DNA of 32,000 nt from Halomicronema hongdechloris C2206 (GCF_002075285.3 NZ_CP021983.2:2910001-2942000), one strand, 5' to 3'; counted from the first letter of the stretch, positions 13,851 to 23,518 are shown. Translations and numbers: made by a program. The notes: generated from the letters alone by a model not told the origin.

Positions 13851-14867
13851 TCAATGGTTGAGTAACGCTGCGATCGCATCTCGGATAAAGGCTTCGTCTT
13901 CCGGGTTTTGATAGGGATTTCCGGCTCGATGGCCCCAGATGGAGGGAATCGGGCGATAGGTGGCCTTGGCAATCTGTTCGGCTTCGGCGGCGCAATCGTC
14001 CGGCGTGAAGTACAGGTCGGTGGTGGCGGGCATCACCAGCGTGTGGGCCTGAATGGTACTCAATGCGTTGGCGGTGTCGCCCTGAAAAACCGGCGTATTC
14101 CCCACATCGCAGCGGAGCCAGGTGTCAATCATGGCGATCAGGTTGTGGGGATCGCGGCGGCGATAATTGGCTTCCCAGCCCCGCAACAGATAATCCTCTA
14201 ACGAGTCATAGCCGCACTGCCGGTAGGGCTTTTCCCGATAGTAAGCCTGGGAGGCGGCCCAACTGGCATAAATGCGGGCGTAGGCCCGATAGCCGCGATC
14301 GGGGATGCCTTCAAAGCGATGCCCGTTCCAGGCGGGATCGGCGGTGAGGGCCGATCGCAGACTCCCCAGAAAAACTTTGGTGTGGTCAGTGGTCTTGGCC
14401 GTGCCACAAATCGCCGCAATTCGCTCCACCCGATCGGCATAGTGTGTCCCCCAGTAATAGGCCTGCTGCGCCCCCATCGACCAGCCGTACACCAGCGCCA
14501 GCCGCTCGACGCCGAAGACCTGCCGCAGCAGCTGTTCCTGAGCCCGGAGGTTGTCGTAGTGGGTGAACCAGACGCCATCTTCGGCCAGGCCACAACGGTC
14601 ATCATTGCTGGGAGAGGTGGACAGTCCATTGCCGAACTGGTTGGCGATGACGATGAAATAGCGCCTGGGATCGAGGATGCGATCGCAGCCAATCAGCCAG
14701 TCGATATCGGGATGCTGGGCCCCGTAGGAGGTGGGATAGAGAATCACATTGCTGCGATCGCTGGCCAGCTCTCCATAGGTCTGATACACCAGCGTCGCCT
14801 CCGGCAGCGTCACGCCACACTGGAGGTCAAACTGGTGGAGCGTGAACGCAGGCGCCGCATCGGTCAT
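13851..14867 (-). CDS. Alpha/beta hydrolase of the homoserine O-acetyltransferase (MetX-like) family
   Basis: NVILYPTSYGAQH..., the nucleophile elbow VYGWSMGAQQAY (GxSxG), and the C-terminal IPSIWGHRAG are present. Length is 338 aa. Confidence 0.8.
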   Translation of the reverse strand: MTDAAPAFTLHQFDLQCGVTLPEATLVYQTYGELASDRSNVILYPTSYGAQHPDIDWLIGCDRILDPRRYFIVIANQFGNGLSTSPSNDDRCGLAEDGVWFTHYDNLRAQEQLLRQVFGVERLALVYGWSMGAQQAYYWGTHYADRVERIAAICGTAKTTDHTKVFLGSLRSALTADPAWNGHRFEGIPDRGYRAYARIYASWAASQAYYREKPYRQCGYDSLEDYLLRGWEANYRRRDPHNLIAMIDTWLRCDVGNTPVFQGDTANALSTIQAHTLVMPATTDLYFTPDDCAAEAEQIAKATYRPIPSIWGHRAGNPYQNPEDEAFIRDAIAALLNH

Positions 14868-15835
14868 GACGCCGCTTGGCCAAACCTGGCGATGATCGAG
14901 CGATTCACGGCGACATAGCCCGGTACCACGTTCTGGAAGTGAGGCGCCAACTCAACATGGGCCCGCGGCAGCTGGTGAAACGGAATCGATGGATACAGGT
15001 GATGTTCCGCATGGAAGGGCATATTCCACATCAAGAGTTTAATGGGCCAGATCGTCAGCGTCGTGCGGGTATTGGTGAGGGGGTCCTCGCCATCGGCACA
15101 GCCCGTATGCTCGGCAATTAGAATGAACCGCAAGATTGGCTGCCCCACCGCCAGCGGCAGCACCCAGTACAGCAGAAACCAGGGCTGACGGAAGATGAGA
15201 GACAGGGCAATGGCGCCGCCATACACCCCCAGCTGCAACCAGGTGGATCGCTGCACGTCTCGATACGCCGCTTCGGGAACGTAGGGCATGTCTTCAAACT
15301 GTCCCGTCGCCAATTGCCAATGACCTTGCACCTTGCCAATCCACCAGGGCATGCCGCTCATCACCCAGAGATAGTCAGCCAGGGTAGTGGGAATCAAATC
15401 TTCCAGCTCCGGATCTTTGCCGTGGAGTTTGGTGTAGCGATGATGCCACTTGTGATACCGCCGATAGAAGGTGCTGTTGTACCCCGAGAGCAGGCCAGCC
15501 ACCCAGCCCACCGTCTTGTTCGTCGCCTCGCTGGCAAAGGCGGAGCGATGGACGCACTCATGTACCGCCGCAAACATGGAGGCCAGGCTGAAACCGTAGA
15601 TCACCAGAGCGGGCAGGGCCAGCGGCCAGTGCCCCCACTGAGTGGCCCAGAGTCCACCGCTCACGGCCATGATGCTGAGATGGCTGACCAGTTGCAGCCA
15701 TCCCTTGGCATCGGAGCGCTGGTTCAGTCGCGTCAACTCAGCCGCCGACAAAATTTGTCGAGGATCGCTCACGCTTGCTTTCGCCGTCATACCCACCGGT
15801 TTCCTCTGCGAACTAAGACGAGTGTGCGTGATCAC
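14864..15835 (-). CDS. Membrane fatty-acid desaturase family protein
   Basis: The three His boxes are HECVH, HKWHHRYT and HAEHHLYP. It overlaps the MetX-like gene by 4 nt (ATGA). The start may instead be the internal ATG at 15790 (MTAKAS). Confidence 0.85.
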   Translation of the reverse strand: MITHTRLSSQRKPVGMTAKASVSDPRQILSAAELTRLNQRSDAKGWLQLVSHLSIMAVSGGLWATQWGHWPLALPALVIYGFSLASMFAAVHECVHRSAFASEATNKTVGWVAGLLSGYNSTFYRRYHKWHHRYTKLHGKDPELEDLIPTTLADYLWVMSGMPWWIGKVQGHWQLATGQFEDMPYVPEAAYRDVQRSTWLQLGVYGGAIALSLIFRQPWFLLYWVLPLAVGQPILRFILIAEHTGCADGEDPLTNTRTTLTIWPIKLLMWNMPFHAEHHLYPSIPFHQLPRAHVELAPHFQNVVPGYVAVNRSIIARFGQAAS

Positions 15836-15919
15836 AATTTATGATCTTAAGCGTGAGAGGCAGCGGCAGGTGTAATCACCGTTACGCTGTAGAGTCGTGT
15901 TGCCGAGGAACCCTGACCC

Positions 15920-16555
15920 ATGCTCCACGCTCCCGACCCCCGTGCCGCCCTCAGCTGGGTGATTCGTGACATTCACAGCAAGGGCTGGGCCACGGGCACG
16001 GGCGGTAACTTTAGTGCGGTGTTGCAACCAGAGCCGCTGCGGTTGCTGATGGCCCCCAGTGGGGTGGATAAGGGATTGGTGAACGCCAGCGACTTGATCG
16101 AGGTGGATGCCAAGGGACAGGTGGTGCGGGGGGACGGCAAGGCCTCGGCGGAAACCCAGTTGCATCTGGCTATCGTAGCCGAGACCGGGGCAGGGGCAGT
16201 GTTGCACAGCCATTCGGTGACCAATACCCTGCTGTCGGTGGTGCGGGCGGCTCAGGGGGAGATTGTCTTGAGCGGCTATGAGATGCTGAAGGGCCTGCAG
16301 GGGATTACCACCCACGAAGCGACAGTCAGTCTGCCCATTTTGCCCAACTCCCAGGACATGGCGGCAGTAGCGCAGAAGATGCGATCGCAGCTACGCTCCT
16401 CCCAGCCCCCCTACGGCATCTTGCTAGCCGGTCATGGCCTCTACACCTGGGGCGACAACCTGGTCCAAGCCCGTCGCCACCTGGAGATTCTGGAATTTCT
16501 GTTGGAAGTGTCCTATCGCCAGGCCCTGTTGGGGAGAGTGAAGAGTGAAGAATGA
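15920..16555 (+). CDS. mtnB: Methylthioribulose-1-phosphate dehydratase (class II aldolase/adducin fold)
   Basis: GWATGTGGNFS, LMAPSGVDKG, SAETQLHLAI, VLHSHS, GYEMLKGL and LLAGHGLYTWG are present. Confidence 0.85.
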   Translation: MLHAPDPRAALSWVIRDIHSKGWATGTGGNFSAVLQPEPLRLLMAPSGVDKGLVNASDLIEVDAKGQVVRGDGKASAETQLHLAIVAETGAGAVLHSHSVTNTLLSVVRAAQGEIVLSGYEMLKGLQGITTHEATVSLPILPNSQDMAAVAQKMRSQLRSSQPPYGILLAGHGLYTWGDNLVQARRHLEILEFLLEVSYRQALLGRVKSEE

Positions 16556-16714
16556 AGAGTGAGTAAAGGGTGATGGGGTGGTGGGGTGATGGGGAGTGAG
16601 TAGCGTGGGTCATTTTACCTAGGCGGGGGAAATTATGAGTGGCCAGGGAAGGACCCACGGGGGAAAGAGAGGACGGAGGGCGAAGGAAAGTGATGAATTT
16701 TGAATTTTGAATTT
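16536..16714. repeat. STRR-like heptamer arrays in the mtnB-mtnC spacer
   Basis: gagtgaa/gagtgaa/gaatgaa/gagtgag starts inside the last codons of mtnB. It is followed by gggtgatggggtggtggggtgatggggagtgag, and then by gaatttt x3 at 16694-16714. Confidence 0.7.
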
Positions 16715-16942
16715 TGAGTGAATGGTTTGGCTCCCTGTCAAACGGTGGATGGGCGGGCAAGTAGGCCGATAGCGGATAGAGGGTAAGGGGACAGGGTAGG
16801 GGCGCGGTTGCCGCGCCCAATGCAGAAAAGTAACCGACAGGTCCTTCCACGGGGGTCAGGGCCACGACCCTGGTCATAGGGGGTCGGGGGTAGATGAGAT
16901 AATAGGGAACCGTGAGTTGTATTGCGACGCACCAGGAGTACC

Positions 16943-17674
16943 ATGACCGGTTACGCTGATGCCGCCGAGGCGATTTTGCTAGACATCGAGGGGACCACCA
17001 CCCCAGTGGCCTACGTGGTTGAGGTGTTGTTTTCCTTCGCCCGGGAACGAGCGGCCGAGTTTCTGCGCCAACATGGTCAGGAGCCGGCGGTGCAGGAAGA
17101 CTTGAGCCAACTGCGGCGGGAGTATATCAACGAGCCAGAGACAGTACCGGCCTGGTTCGGCGATGAGCCCACGGCAGCGGTGCCCTATATCCATTATTTG
17201 ATCGAATGCGATGGTTCAGGAACCGGCCGCAAATCCACCGCCCTGAAATCCCTACAGGGCAAACTCTGGAACCAGGGCTATCGGGAAGGGCAGCTGCAGT
17301 CTCAGCTCTTTGCCGACGTGAAACCGGCCCTGGAACGCTGGCACGCCGCCGGCAAACACATCTATATCTTTTCTTCCGGCAGTGTGCAGGCCCAGCAACT
17401 CCTCTTTGGCCACACCGAAGCCGGGGACCTAAGGCCGCTGCTGAGTGGCTATTTCGACACCACCACCGGCTCCAAGAAAGCCCCCGACAGCTATCGAAAA
17501 ATTACCGCCGCCATCGGCCTTCCCCCAGAGCGCATCCTCTTTATCTCCGACGTCACCGCCGAACTCAAGGCTGCCCAAGCCGCTGGCATGCAGACCCTGC
17601 TCTCCTGCCGCCCCGGCAATGCCGCCCCGGCCGACGCGGGCTTCGACAGCATTACCAGCTTCGAGGCGATATAA
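16943..17674 (+). CDS. mtnC: Acireductone synthase (enolase-phosphatase E1, HAD family)
   Basis: ILLDIEGTTTP (HAD motif I), KSTALKSLQGKLW, IYIFSSGSV and LFISDV are present. ATG 16943 is preceded by AGGAG. Confidence 0.85.
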   Translation: MTGYADAAEAILLDIEGTTTPVAYVVEVLFSFARERAAEFLRQHGQEPAVQEDLSQLRREYINEPETVPAWFGDEPTAAVPYIHYLIECDGSGTGRKSTALKSLQGKLWNQGYREGQLQSQLFADVKPALERWHAAGKHIYIFSSGSVQAQQLLFGHTEAGDLRPLLSGYFDTTTGSKKAPDSYRKITAAIGLPPERILFISDVTAELKAAQAAGMQTLLSCRPGNAAPADAGFDSITSFEAI

Positions 17675-18050
17675 GTCAAGCCATCTCCACCCCGGTGCCG
17701 CCCCAATTGCCCCAACATGCCACTGTCTGCAGTTGTTCCCTAGCGACTTGCAGCGATTACGACTGGTTTGCCCTTTGCCATCGTGCTCTTGGTCATGTGC
17801 TACAGCCTCTACCGCGGCTTACATGAAGAGCATCTGCTGCTGACTGAAGAGGGACCAGAGGCCATGGCGGCAGCACCTAGGCGGGAAACTTCCAATCGGT
17901 AATCGGGGGATTGGTTATCTCAAACCATGGGGTGAGCATCGTCTCGTTTATCGCGCTAGCGACTCGATGCCCACCTTGGCGTAGGATTCCAGTGGCTGGT
18001 GGCTGTAGCAGAAGGCAGACATCAGCTTGTCCGAGGGATAGGTTACTTAC

Positions 18051-18740
18051 TTATCGCGTTCGCTTGACATCGTAGTAGCGACAGGCCAAGAAGCCGACGC
18101 CGTAGACAATGGCGGCGTCGGAAGTGATTCCCACGGCCGGGCCGATCAGGGGCAACAGCTCCACAAAACTAAGGCCTGATTTGGCCAGCCCGGAACTGCC
18201 GGTGGACACACTCCAGATGGCCAGCACCTCGCCGCGGCGGCTGGCCGCTGCTGGAGAGAAGCCGTAGATAGTGGCGATGCGGTAAATCATGTCGGCCTGT
18301 AGGGCAGCGATGGCACCGATGTCTAGGGCAAATAACATTAGCGCCAGCGGCGGCACCAGGTTGGTCAGCAGGCCCACTTGGGCGGCGCGGCCAGCGGTGT
18401 CTAGCATCACCCGCTGGGCCAGTTGTTCATCGGTATCGAGGGGATGCTGGCGTCGTAACTGTGCGATCGCACCGCGGACCTCCTCGGCATTCACCTGCCC
18501 TAGGGCTGCCAACAGCCAATTGATGCCAGGTATGCCAGTGGCCGTCTTGATCAGTGGGAAATCGGCAATGGGCGCCACGGTGCGCCCCAAGACCTCCGTC
18601 CCCTGCTCGATCAGGGGATAGGTGAGACGAATGAAGGCGTCACCCGCCTGGGTGGCACCGGTATACAAGGTATCTGAGATGGCCTGCATCATCGATTGGG
18701 CCTGGTTAGGCTCGGTGCCATAGCTGGGTGCAGATGCCAT
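18051..18740 (-). CDS. EcsC-family protein
   Basis: The central LTNLVPPLALMLFALDIGAIAALQADMIYRIATIYGFSP...EVLAIW fits the EcsC pattern (glycine/hydrophobic segment + lq..mv..IA.iYG). Confidence 0.6.
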   Translation of the reverse strand: MASAPSYGTEPNQAQSMMQAISDTLYTGATQAGDAFIRLTYPLIEQGTEVLGRTVAPIADFPLIKTATGIPGINWLLAALGQVNAEEVRGAIAQLRRQHPLDTDEQLAQRVMLDTAGRAAQVGLLTNLVPPLALMLFALDIGAIAALQADMIYRIATIYGFSPAAASRRGEVLAIWSVSTGSSGLAKSGLSFVELLPLIGPAVGITSDAAIVYGVGFLACRYYDVKRTR

Positions 18741-18803
18741 GGGTGTGTCTCCTTGTAAAGATAAATAATACGCAGGGGGTCTCTTCCAGAAGGATAAAGG
18801 CCA

Positions 18804-18857
18804 TTAAAAAATGCTTGCAAACCCCCATGGACTGATATTCCGTGGGCTTACAAGCAT
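18804..18857 (-). terminator. Rho-independent terminator downstream of the CHRD gene
   Basis: A long imperfect hairpin spans 18811-18857 (atgcttgcaaacccccatgg...ccgtgggcttacaagcat). Read on the minus strand, it is followed by TTTTTAATGG. Confidence 0.6.
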
Positions 18858-18899
18858 GGACTGAGGCTAGTAATGCTCTATCTCCCCTAGTTTTACTAA

Positions 18900-19451
18900 C
18901 TAGTGGGCATGATCGATATGGGCTCTGAGTTGTCCCCGAATTGCTCCCCCCGGGAATCGGGGATTGTGCACGTTGATGTAAAAGTCCTGCGGGTTATTGA
19001 GAATGCGCTGCACAATGCCAGCCTCCCCAGTGGGGAATTTACCCTCTTCCCCTTCCGTCAAACAGTCACCGGCGTTGCCATCTTCGGGTCCGGCCAGGGC
19101 CGCTACCACCGGACCATTTTCGTTCGGTCCCCCTTCGTGGATATGGGCGGCCATGCCGTCTCCCACCGGCACGGTCTGAATCCCTGAGACCTCAAGCACG
19201 TAGCACAGAGTGGTGGCATCGCCATCGATACCAAAAACATAGGCCTGCCCCGTGCCAGTGGGGTCGCCGACAATATCATCAAGATCTCCGTCCGAGGCAA
19301 CTTCGGCACTGCCATCTAACTGCGTCGTCAAGATGACATTGGTATGTCCGGCCTTGGCATCTTGGGGCAGCAGACTGCCTGCCACCAGTGCTCCTAGTAC
19401 CATACCAAGACTCCACAGCTGACTTCTCATAGGTCTGATGTCCTTATTCAC
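18900..19451 (-). CDS. Secreted CHRD domain protein
   Basis: The signal peptide is MRSQLWSLGMVLGALVAGSLLPQDAKA. The CHRD hallmarks are AAHIHEGGPNENGPVVAAL and FYINVHNPRFPGGAIRGQL. Confidence 0.75.
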   Translation of the reverse strand: MNKDIRPMRSQLWSLGMVLGALVAGSLLPQDAKAGHTNVILTTQLDGSAEVASDGDLDDIVGDPTGTGQAYVFGIDGDATTLCYVLEVSGIQTVPVGDGMAAHIHEGGPNENGPVVAALAGPEDGNAGDCLTEGEEGKFPTGEAGIVQRILNNPQDFYINVHNPRFPGGAIRGQLRAHIDHAH

Positions 19452-19682
19452 TTAGGTGTTGTTCAAGCATTCAGACAGCATGCTTCGGGGCATTACTGCC
19501 TGATTCCAGGGTTAATACGATTCAGGACGGTTGTCGGATTGGAGACAGCCCCGTCTTGAGGGCAAAGGCCCTTGAGGAAACATCAAGAAACATGAATTCA
19601 GCAGCAGGTGTTCATCCTGAACTCTTCTGAGCCACAGCGAAATGGTAAGTCTCCGGTGATACTTTGTTACCGCAGCCATCCT

Positions 19683-20366
19683 ATGGGACGCTATGTAACC
19701 GCCGAGCCCTATGCCTATCCCTACAATGGCGAGCTGCGCCCCGAAAACACTGCCCTCATCGTCATCGACATGCAGACAGACTTCTGTGGCAAGGGGGGCT
19801 ATGTGGACGCCATGGGCTATGACTTGACCTTGACCCGCACCCCGATTCAGCCGCTGCAGACGCTACTGGCGGTGATGCGGCCCCTGGGCTATACCATCAT
19901 GCACACCCGTGAGGGCCATCGCCCTGATCTCTCCGACTTACCCGAGAACAAGCAATGGCGATCGCGACAGATCGGGGCCGGCATCGGCGACCCCGGTCCC
20001 TGCGGCAAGATCCTGGTGCGGGGGGAACCCGGCTGGGAGATTATTCCGGAGTTAGCGCCTCTCCCCGGAGAAATCGTCATCGACAAGCCCGGCAAAGGGG
20101 CCTTTTACGCCACTGACCTGGATCTGCTGCTGCGCCAACTGGGCATGCAAAACCTGATCCTCACCGGCATCACCACCGATGTCTGTGTCCATACCACCAT
20201 GCGGGAAGCCAACGACCGCGGCTATGAATGCCTGATGCTGTCTGACTGCACCGGGCGCCACCGACTACGGCAACTATTTGGCCGCCCTGAAGATGATCAC
20301 GATGCAAGGGGCGTCTTCGGGGCGGTGGCGACGTCCTCCGATCTGATTGAGGCTATCCAGAGCTAA
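19683..20366 (+). CDS. Isochorismatase-family cysteine hydrolase (amidohydrolase); contains a locally out-of-frame segment near the C-terminus
   Basis: [12 protein letters not shown] (Asp), [14 protein letters not shown] (Lys) and [26 protein letters not shown] (Cys) are present. See the finding on 20255-20311. Confidence 0.8.
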   Translation: MGRYVTAEPYAYPYNGELRPENTALIVIDMQTDFCGKGGYVDAMGYDLTLTRTPIQPLQTLLAVMRPLGYTIMHTREGHRPDLSDLPENKQWRSRQIGAGIGDPGPCGKILVRGEPGWEIIPELAPLPGEIVIDKPGKGAFYATDLDLLLRQLGMQNLILTGITTDVCVHTTMREANDRGYECLMLSDCTGRHRLRQLFGRPEDDHDARGVFGAVATSSDLIEAIQS

Positions 20367-20369
20367 CCT

Positions 20370-21917
20370 ATGGATACGGCAACCTTAACCCAACCCATCC
20401 TGACAGAGCAGCCGCCCCGACTCGATGTGGTCGCCATGACCAAGCGCTTCGGCAGCTTCATGGCCCTGGATCAAGTCTCCATGACTCTGAAGCCGGGCAG
20501 CCTCCACGCTCTACTGGGGGAAAACGGGGCCGGCAAGAGTACCCTGGTGAAATGTGTCATGGGCTTCTATCGCCCCACCACCGGGCAGATCCTCATCGAT
20601 CAACAGCCCCAAACCATTGACAGCCCCAAGGATGCCCACGCCTGTGGCATCGGCATGGTCTATCAGCACTTCACCTCGGTGCCGGCCATGACCGTGGCCG
20701 AAAACCTGGTGTTGTCCCGCTATGACCATAAGACCCTGATCGACTGGAAGCGCGAACTGAAGGGTCTGCAAGCCTTTATGGAGGAGGCCCCTTTCCATGT
20801 GGATCTAGGCACCCCGGTGGGGCAGCTGGCCGCCGGGCAGAAGCAGAAGCTGGAAATTCTGAAGCAACTCTATCTCAAGAGTCGCTTGTTGATCCTGGAC
20901 GAACCCACCTCCGTGCTCACCCCGGGCGAGGCGGACGAGGTCTTGGGGCTGTTGCGGCAAGAGGTGGAACAGGGCCGCCTCAGTGTGCTGCTGATTACCC
21001 ATAAGTTCCGCGAGGTGCAGGCCTTTGCCGACGAGGTGACGATTCTGCGGCGGGGTAAACTGGCGGGCCAAGGTCATGTTAAGGATCTGACCATCGAAGC
21101 CATGGCCGAGATGATGCTGGGCCAGGAACGGCAACCCAAGACGGTGGCCAAGGCCGAGCTGGAGACCCAGGTACCGGTGCTGCAGGTGAACGACCTCCAT
21201 GCCAACCGCGACAATGGCTTACCCGCCGTCAAGGGCATCAATTTGCAGGTCCACAGCGGCGAAATCGTCGGCATCGCCGGTGTCTCTGGCAACGGCCAGC
21301 GGGAGCTGGTGGAAGTGCTCTCAGGACAGCGGCTGCCCGCCCAAGGGACGCTGCGGGTAAACGGGGAACCCTACACTGCCACCCGGGCCGAGATGGCCAA
21401 GCACCAAGTCTATGCCCTGCCGGAAGAACCGCTGCGCAATGCCTGTGTGCCCAATATGAGTGTGGCTGAGAACATGGCCCTGCGCACCTTTGACCGCCCG
21501 CCTCAGGCTAAGTGGAATCTATTATTGGTGCTGAAGGCGATTCGCAACGCCGCCCAGGGGCTGGTACAGGCCTTCTCAGTCAAAACTCCGTCCGTCGAAA
21601 CCCCGGTGAGCCATCTCTCCGGGGGTAATATCCAGCGCACGGTGCTGGCTCGGGAATTATCGTCGGAATCGGTGCAGTTGCTGATCGCCGCCAACCCCAG
21701 TTTCGGCCTCGACTTTGCCGCCGTCGATTTCATCCATGACCGCATCGTGGCCGCCCGCAATCGGAGGGTGGCGGTGCTGCTGGTGAGTGAAGACCTAGAT
21801 GAATTGCTGACCCTGGCCGATCGCATCATCGTCATGAGTGAAGGGGAATTTGTCTATGAACATGCGATCGCAGATATCGACCTCAGCGTCATCGGCCAAC
21901 GCATGGCCGGGCATTAA
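20370..21917 (+). CDS. ABC transporter ATP-binding protein with two fused ATPase domains (sugar/nucleoside-uptake type)
   Basis: Domain 1 has GENGAGKST, LAAGQKQKLEILK and LLILDEPT. Domain 2 has GVSGNGQRE, LSGGNIQRTVLAREL and LLVSEDLDE. It starts 3 nt after the hydrolase stop. Confidence 0.85.
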   Translation: MDTATLTQPILTEQPPRLDVVAMTKRFGSFMALDQVSMTLKPGSLHALLGENGAGKSTLVKCVMGFYRPTTGQILIDQQPQTIDSPKDAHACGIGMVYQHFTSVPAMTVAENLVLSRYDHKTLIDWKRELKGLQAFMEEAPFHVDLGTPVGQLAAGQKQKLEILKQLYLKSRLLILDEPTSVLTPGEADEVLGLLRQEVEQGRLSVLLITHKFREVQAFADEVTILRRGKLAGQGHVKDLTIEAMAEMMLGQERQPKTVAKAELETQVPVLQVNDLHANRDNGLPAVKGINLQVHSGEIVGIAGVSGNGQRELVEVLSGQRLPAQGTLRVNGEPYTATRAEMAKHQVYALPEEPLRNACVPNMSVAENMALRTFDRPPQAKWNLLLVLKAIRNAAQGLVQAFSVKTPSVETPVSHLSGGNIQRTVLARELSSESVQLLIAANPSFGLDFAAVDFIHDRIVAARNRRVAVLLVSEDLDELLTLADRIIVMSEGEFVYEHAIADIDLSVIGQRMAGH

Positions 21918-21924
21918 TCCCCTG

Positions 21925-22299
21925 GTGATTCCGGAACTGGGGACCCTGTGCGATCGCAGCGACACCCTACCCTGGCAACCCTTCCGCCCCGGCGTCGACA
22001 TCTGTCGCCTCTACGGCGATGGCAGCGGTCCCGCCGCCGCCCTGCTGCGCTATCACCCTGGTGCCCATGTGCCCCATCATTACCACAGCGGCTACGAACA
22101 TATCCTGGTGCTGTCCGGCTCCCAACGTGATCGGCACCAGACCTATGCCGCCGGCACCCTGGTGATCAATCCTCCCGGCTCCGACCACGCCGTCACCAGC
22201 GACGACGGCTGTCTGGTACTGGTAATCTGGGAAAAGTCAGTGGTGATTCGGGATGATGCCAAGCATCATGACATCTTTAACTCAGCAACAACTGACTAG
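21925..22299 (+). CDS. Cupin-domain protein (ChrR-like cupin)
   Basis: LPWQPFRPGVDICRLY...HPGAHVPHHYHSGYEHILVLSG...PPGSDHAV has cupin motifs 1 and 2. The start is uncertain: GTG 21925 was chosen, and the longest ORF from 21838 would overlap the ABC gene by 80 nt. Confidence 0.65.
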   Translation: MIPELGTLCDRSDTLPWQPFRPGVDICRLYGDGSGPAAALLRYHPGAHVPHHYHSGYEHILVLSGSQRDRHQTYAAGTLVINPPGSDHAVTSDDGCLVLVIWEKSVVIRDDAKHHDIFNSATTD

Positions 22300-23083
22300 C
22301 GCCAGGGGCCTCATCTTCTGCCAGGGGCGGCTGTTGGAACGGCAGCTGTATCGCTATGTCTTCGAAGAGGGAGAGCGCCAGGCCTGCCTGAAGGCGTTGC
22401 TGGCCTACCAAAACCCAGATGGCGGCTTCGGCAATGGCCTGGAGCCGGATTTACTCTGCCCCGGCAGTTCCGCCATCGGGGCGGAAACCGCCCTGTTTAT
22501 TCTGGACCTGCTGGATTACCAGGAACCGCAGATAATTTTGCCGCTGTTGGATTGGCTGGCGGCCAACCAAGATGAGACCGGCGGCATGCGGCATCCCCCC
22601 CAGGGATTTGAGCAGTACCCCCATCAGCCCTGGTGGGAGGGAGACGATGCAGAGCGGGTGTTGGTGCTGGCCACTCAACTCAAGGACTGGCAAGACGCCA
22701 AGCCCTTCTTCTTTGCCAAGGCGCGCCAGTTCTACGACCAGACGCCGGCCCCGGAAGAGCCCAGCTTCTACAGCTATCCCCAGTTTGCTTACTTGACCCG
22801 CTATCAACAGTCCGATGCAGACAGCGCCAGCTTCCGCAATTTACTGGCAAAGCTTCTGGCCGTCTTGGCGGATAATGCCGAGCATTTTCCCCTCTTTAGC
22901 CGCTACTGGTATTACGCCCAAGACTATGTGGAGCCGAATGTTTTGGACCAGGCGGCGGCAGCGGTAACGGCGGCGTTTTTACCCGAGGGCGGCATCCCCA
23001 ATCCCTATCCTGACCTGCCCTGGTGGCAACCGATTTTTACCCTAGACAGTCTAATACTGTTGAAAAAGAGTGGGTATCTGTAA
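22268..23083 (+). CDS. Prenyltransferase/squalene-oxidase-repeat-like (alpha/alpha toroid) protein
   Basis: LLAYQNPDGGFGNGLEPD is the QxxDGGF repeat signature. There is a second degenerate copy, ANQDETGGMRHP. It overlaps the cupin gene by ~30 nt. Confidence 0.5.
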   Translation: MTSLTQQQLTSARGLIFCQGRLLERQLYRYVFEEGERQACLKALLAYQNPDGGFGNGLEPDLLCPGSSAIGAETALFILDLLDYQEPQIILPLLDWLAANQDETGGMRHPPQGFEQYPHQPWWEGDDAERVLVLATQLKDWQDAKPFFFAKARQFYDQTPAPEEPSFYSYPQFAYLTRYQQSDADSASFRNLLAKLLAVLADNAEHFPLFSRYWYYAQDYVEPNVLDQAAAAVTAAFLPEGGIPNPYPDLPWWQPIFTLDSLILLKKSGYL

Positions 23084-23227
23084 AGGGGATGCGATCGCTG
23101 TGTGTTGCTGGACCTATGTCCCCGCGGACAGGCGCAGCAGTAACATAGGGATAGCGTTTCTGGTCATCCCGGCGATCTGCCGAACTCCCTACAATAAAGA
23201 CGGCGAGTCGTTGGTGATAGACGGACT

Positions 23228-23518
23228 GTGGTCGCGGATAAAGCAGGCCCATGTCCCCTGTGTGGACGGGTGGTGACCCTAACCTTTCACCATCTGATTC
23301 CCAAAAAGCTGCATCGCCGCACCCGCTTCAAAAAGACCTACTCCAAAGCCGACCTCAATCGCGGCGTCTATGTCTGTCGCCTCTGCCATAACGGCATTCA
23401 CGACCACTACGACGAAATGACCCTGGCCAAGGAGTTTCCCACCGTCGACAAGCTGCAAGCCGATCCTCAGATTCGACGGCATTCCCAGTGGGTAGCGAAG
23501 CAAAAAATCCGAGCCTAG
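23228..23518 (+). CDS. Small HNH-endonuclease-domain protein
   Basis: CPLCGRVVTLTFHHLIPKK...CRLCHNGIH has Cys pairs flanking H-H/N-H residues. It has a GTG start. Confidence 0.7.
   Translation: MVADKAGPCPLCGRVVTLTFHHLIPKKLHRRTRFKKTYSKADLNRGVYVCRLCHNGIHDHYDEMTLAKEFPTVDKLQADPQIRRHSQWVAKQKIRA

Noticed and set aside
16326-16877. 183-aa minus-strand ORF spanning the mtnB 3' end and the repeat-rich spacer
   Set aside because: It is antisense to mtnB and then runs through STRR-type repeats. Its composition is Pro/Ser/Gly-rich and it has no recognisable motif.
17206-17843. 206-aa and 132-aa plus-strand ORFs overlapping mtnC in other frames
   Set aside because: They are Pro/Arg/Ser-rich alternative-frame artefacts of a GC-rich gene. 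The mtnC frame carries the HAD motifs.
17744-17902. Short frame reading RLAAITTGLPFAIVLLVMCYSLYRGLHEEHLLLTEEGPEAMAAAPRRETSNR*, reminiscent of the last TM helix and tail of a BCCT-type transporter
   Set aside because: It covers only ~50 codons immediately after a stop, with no start codon and no upstream continuation. It may be a gene remnant, but the evidence is too thin to call.
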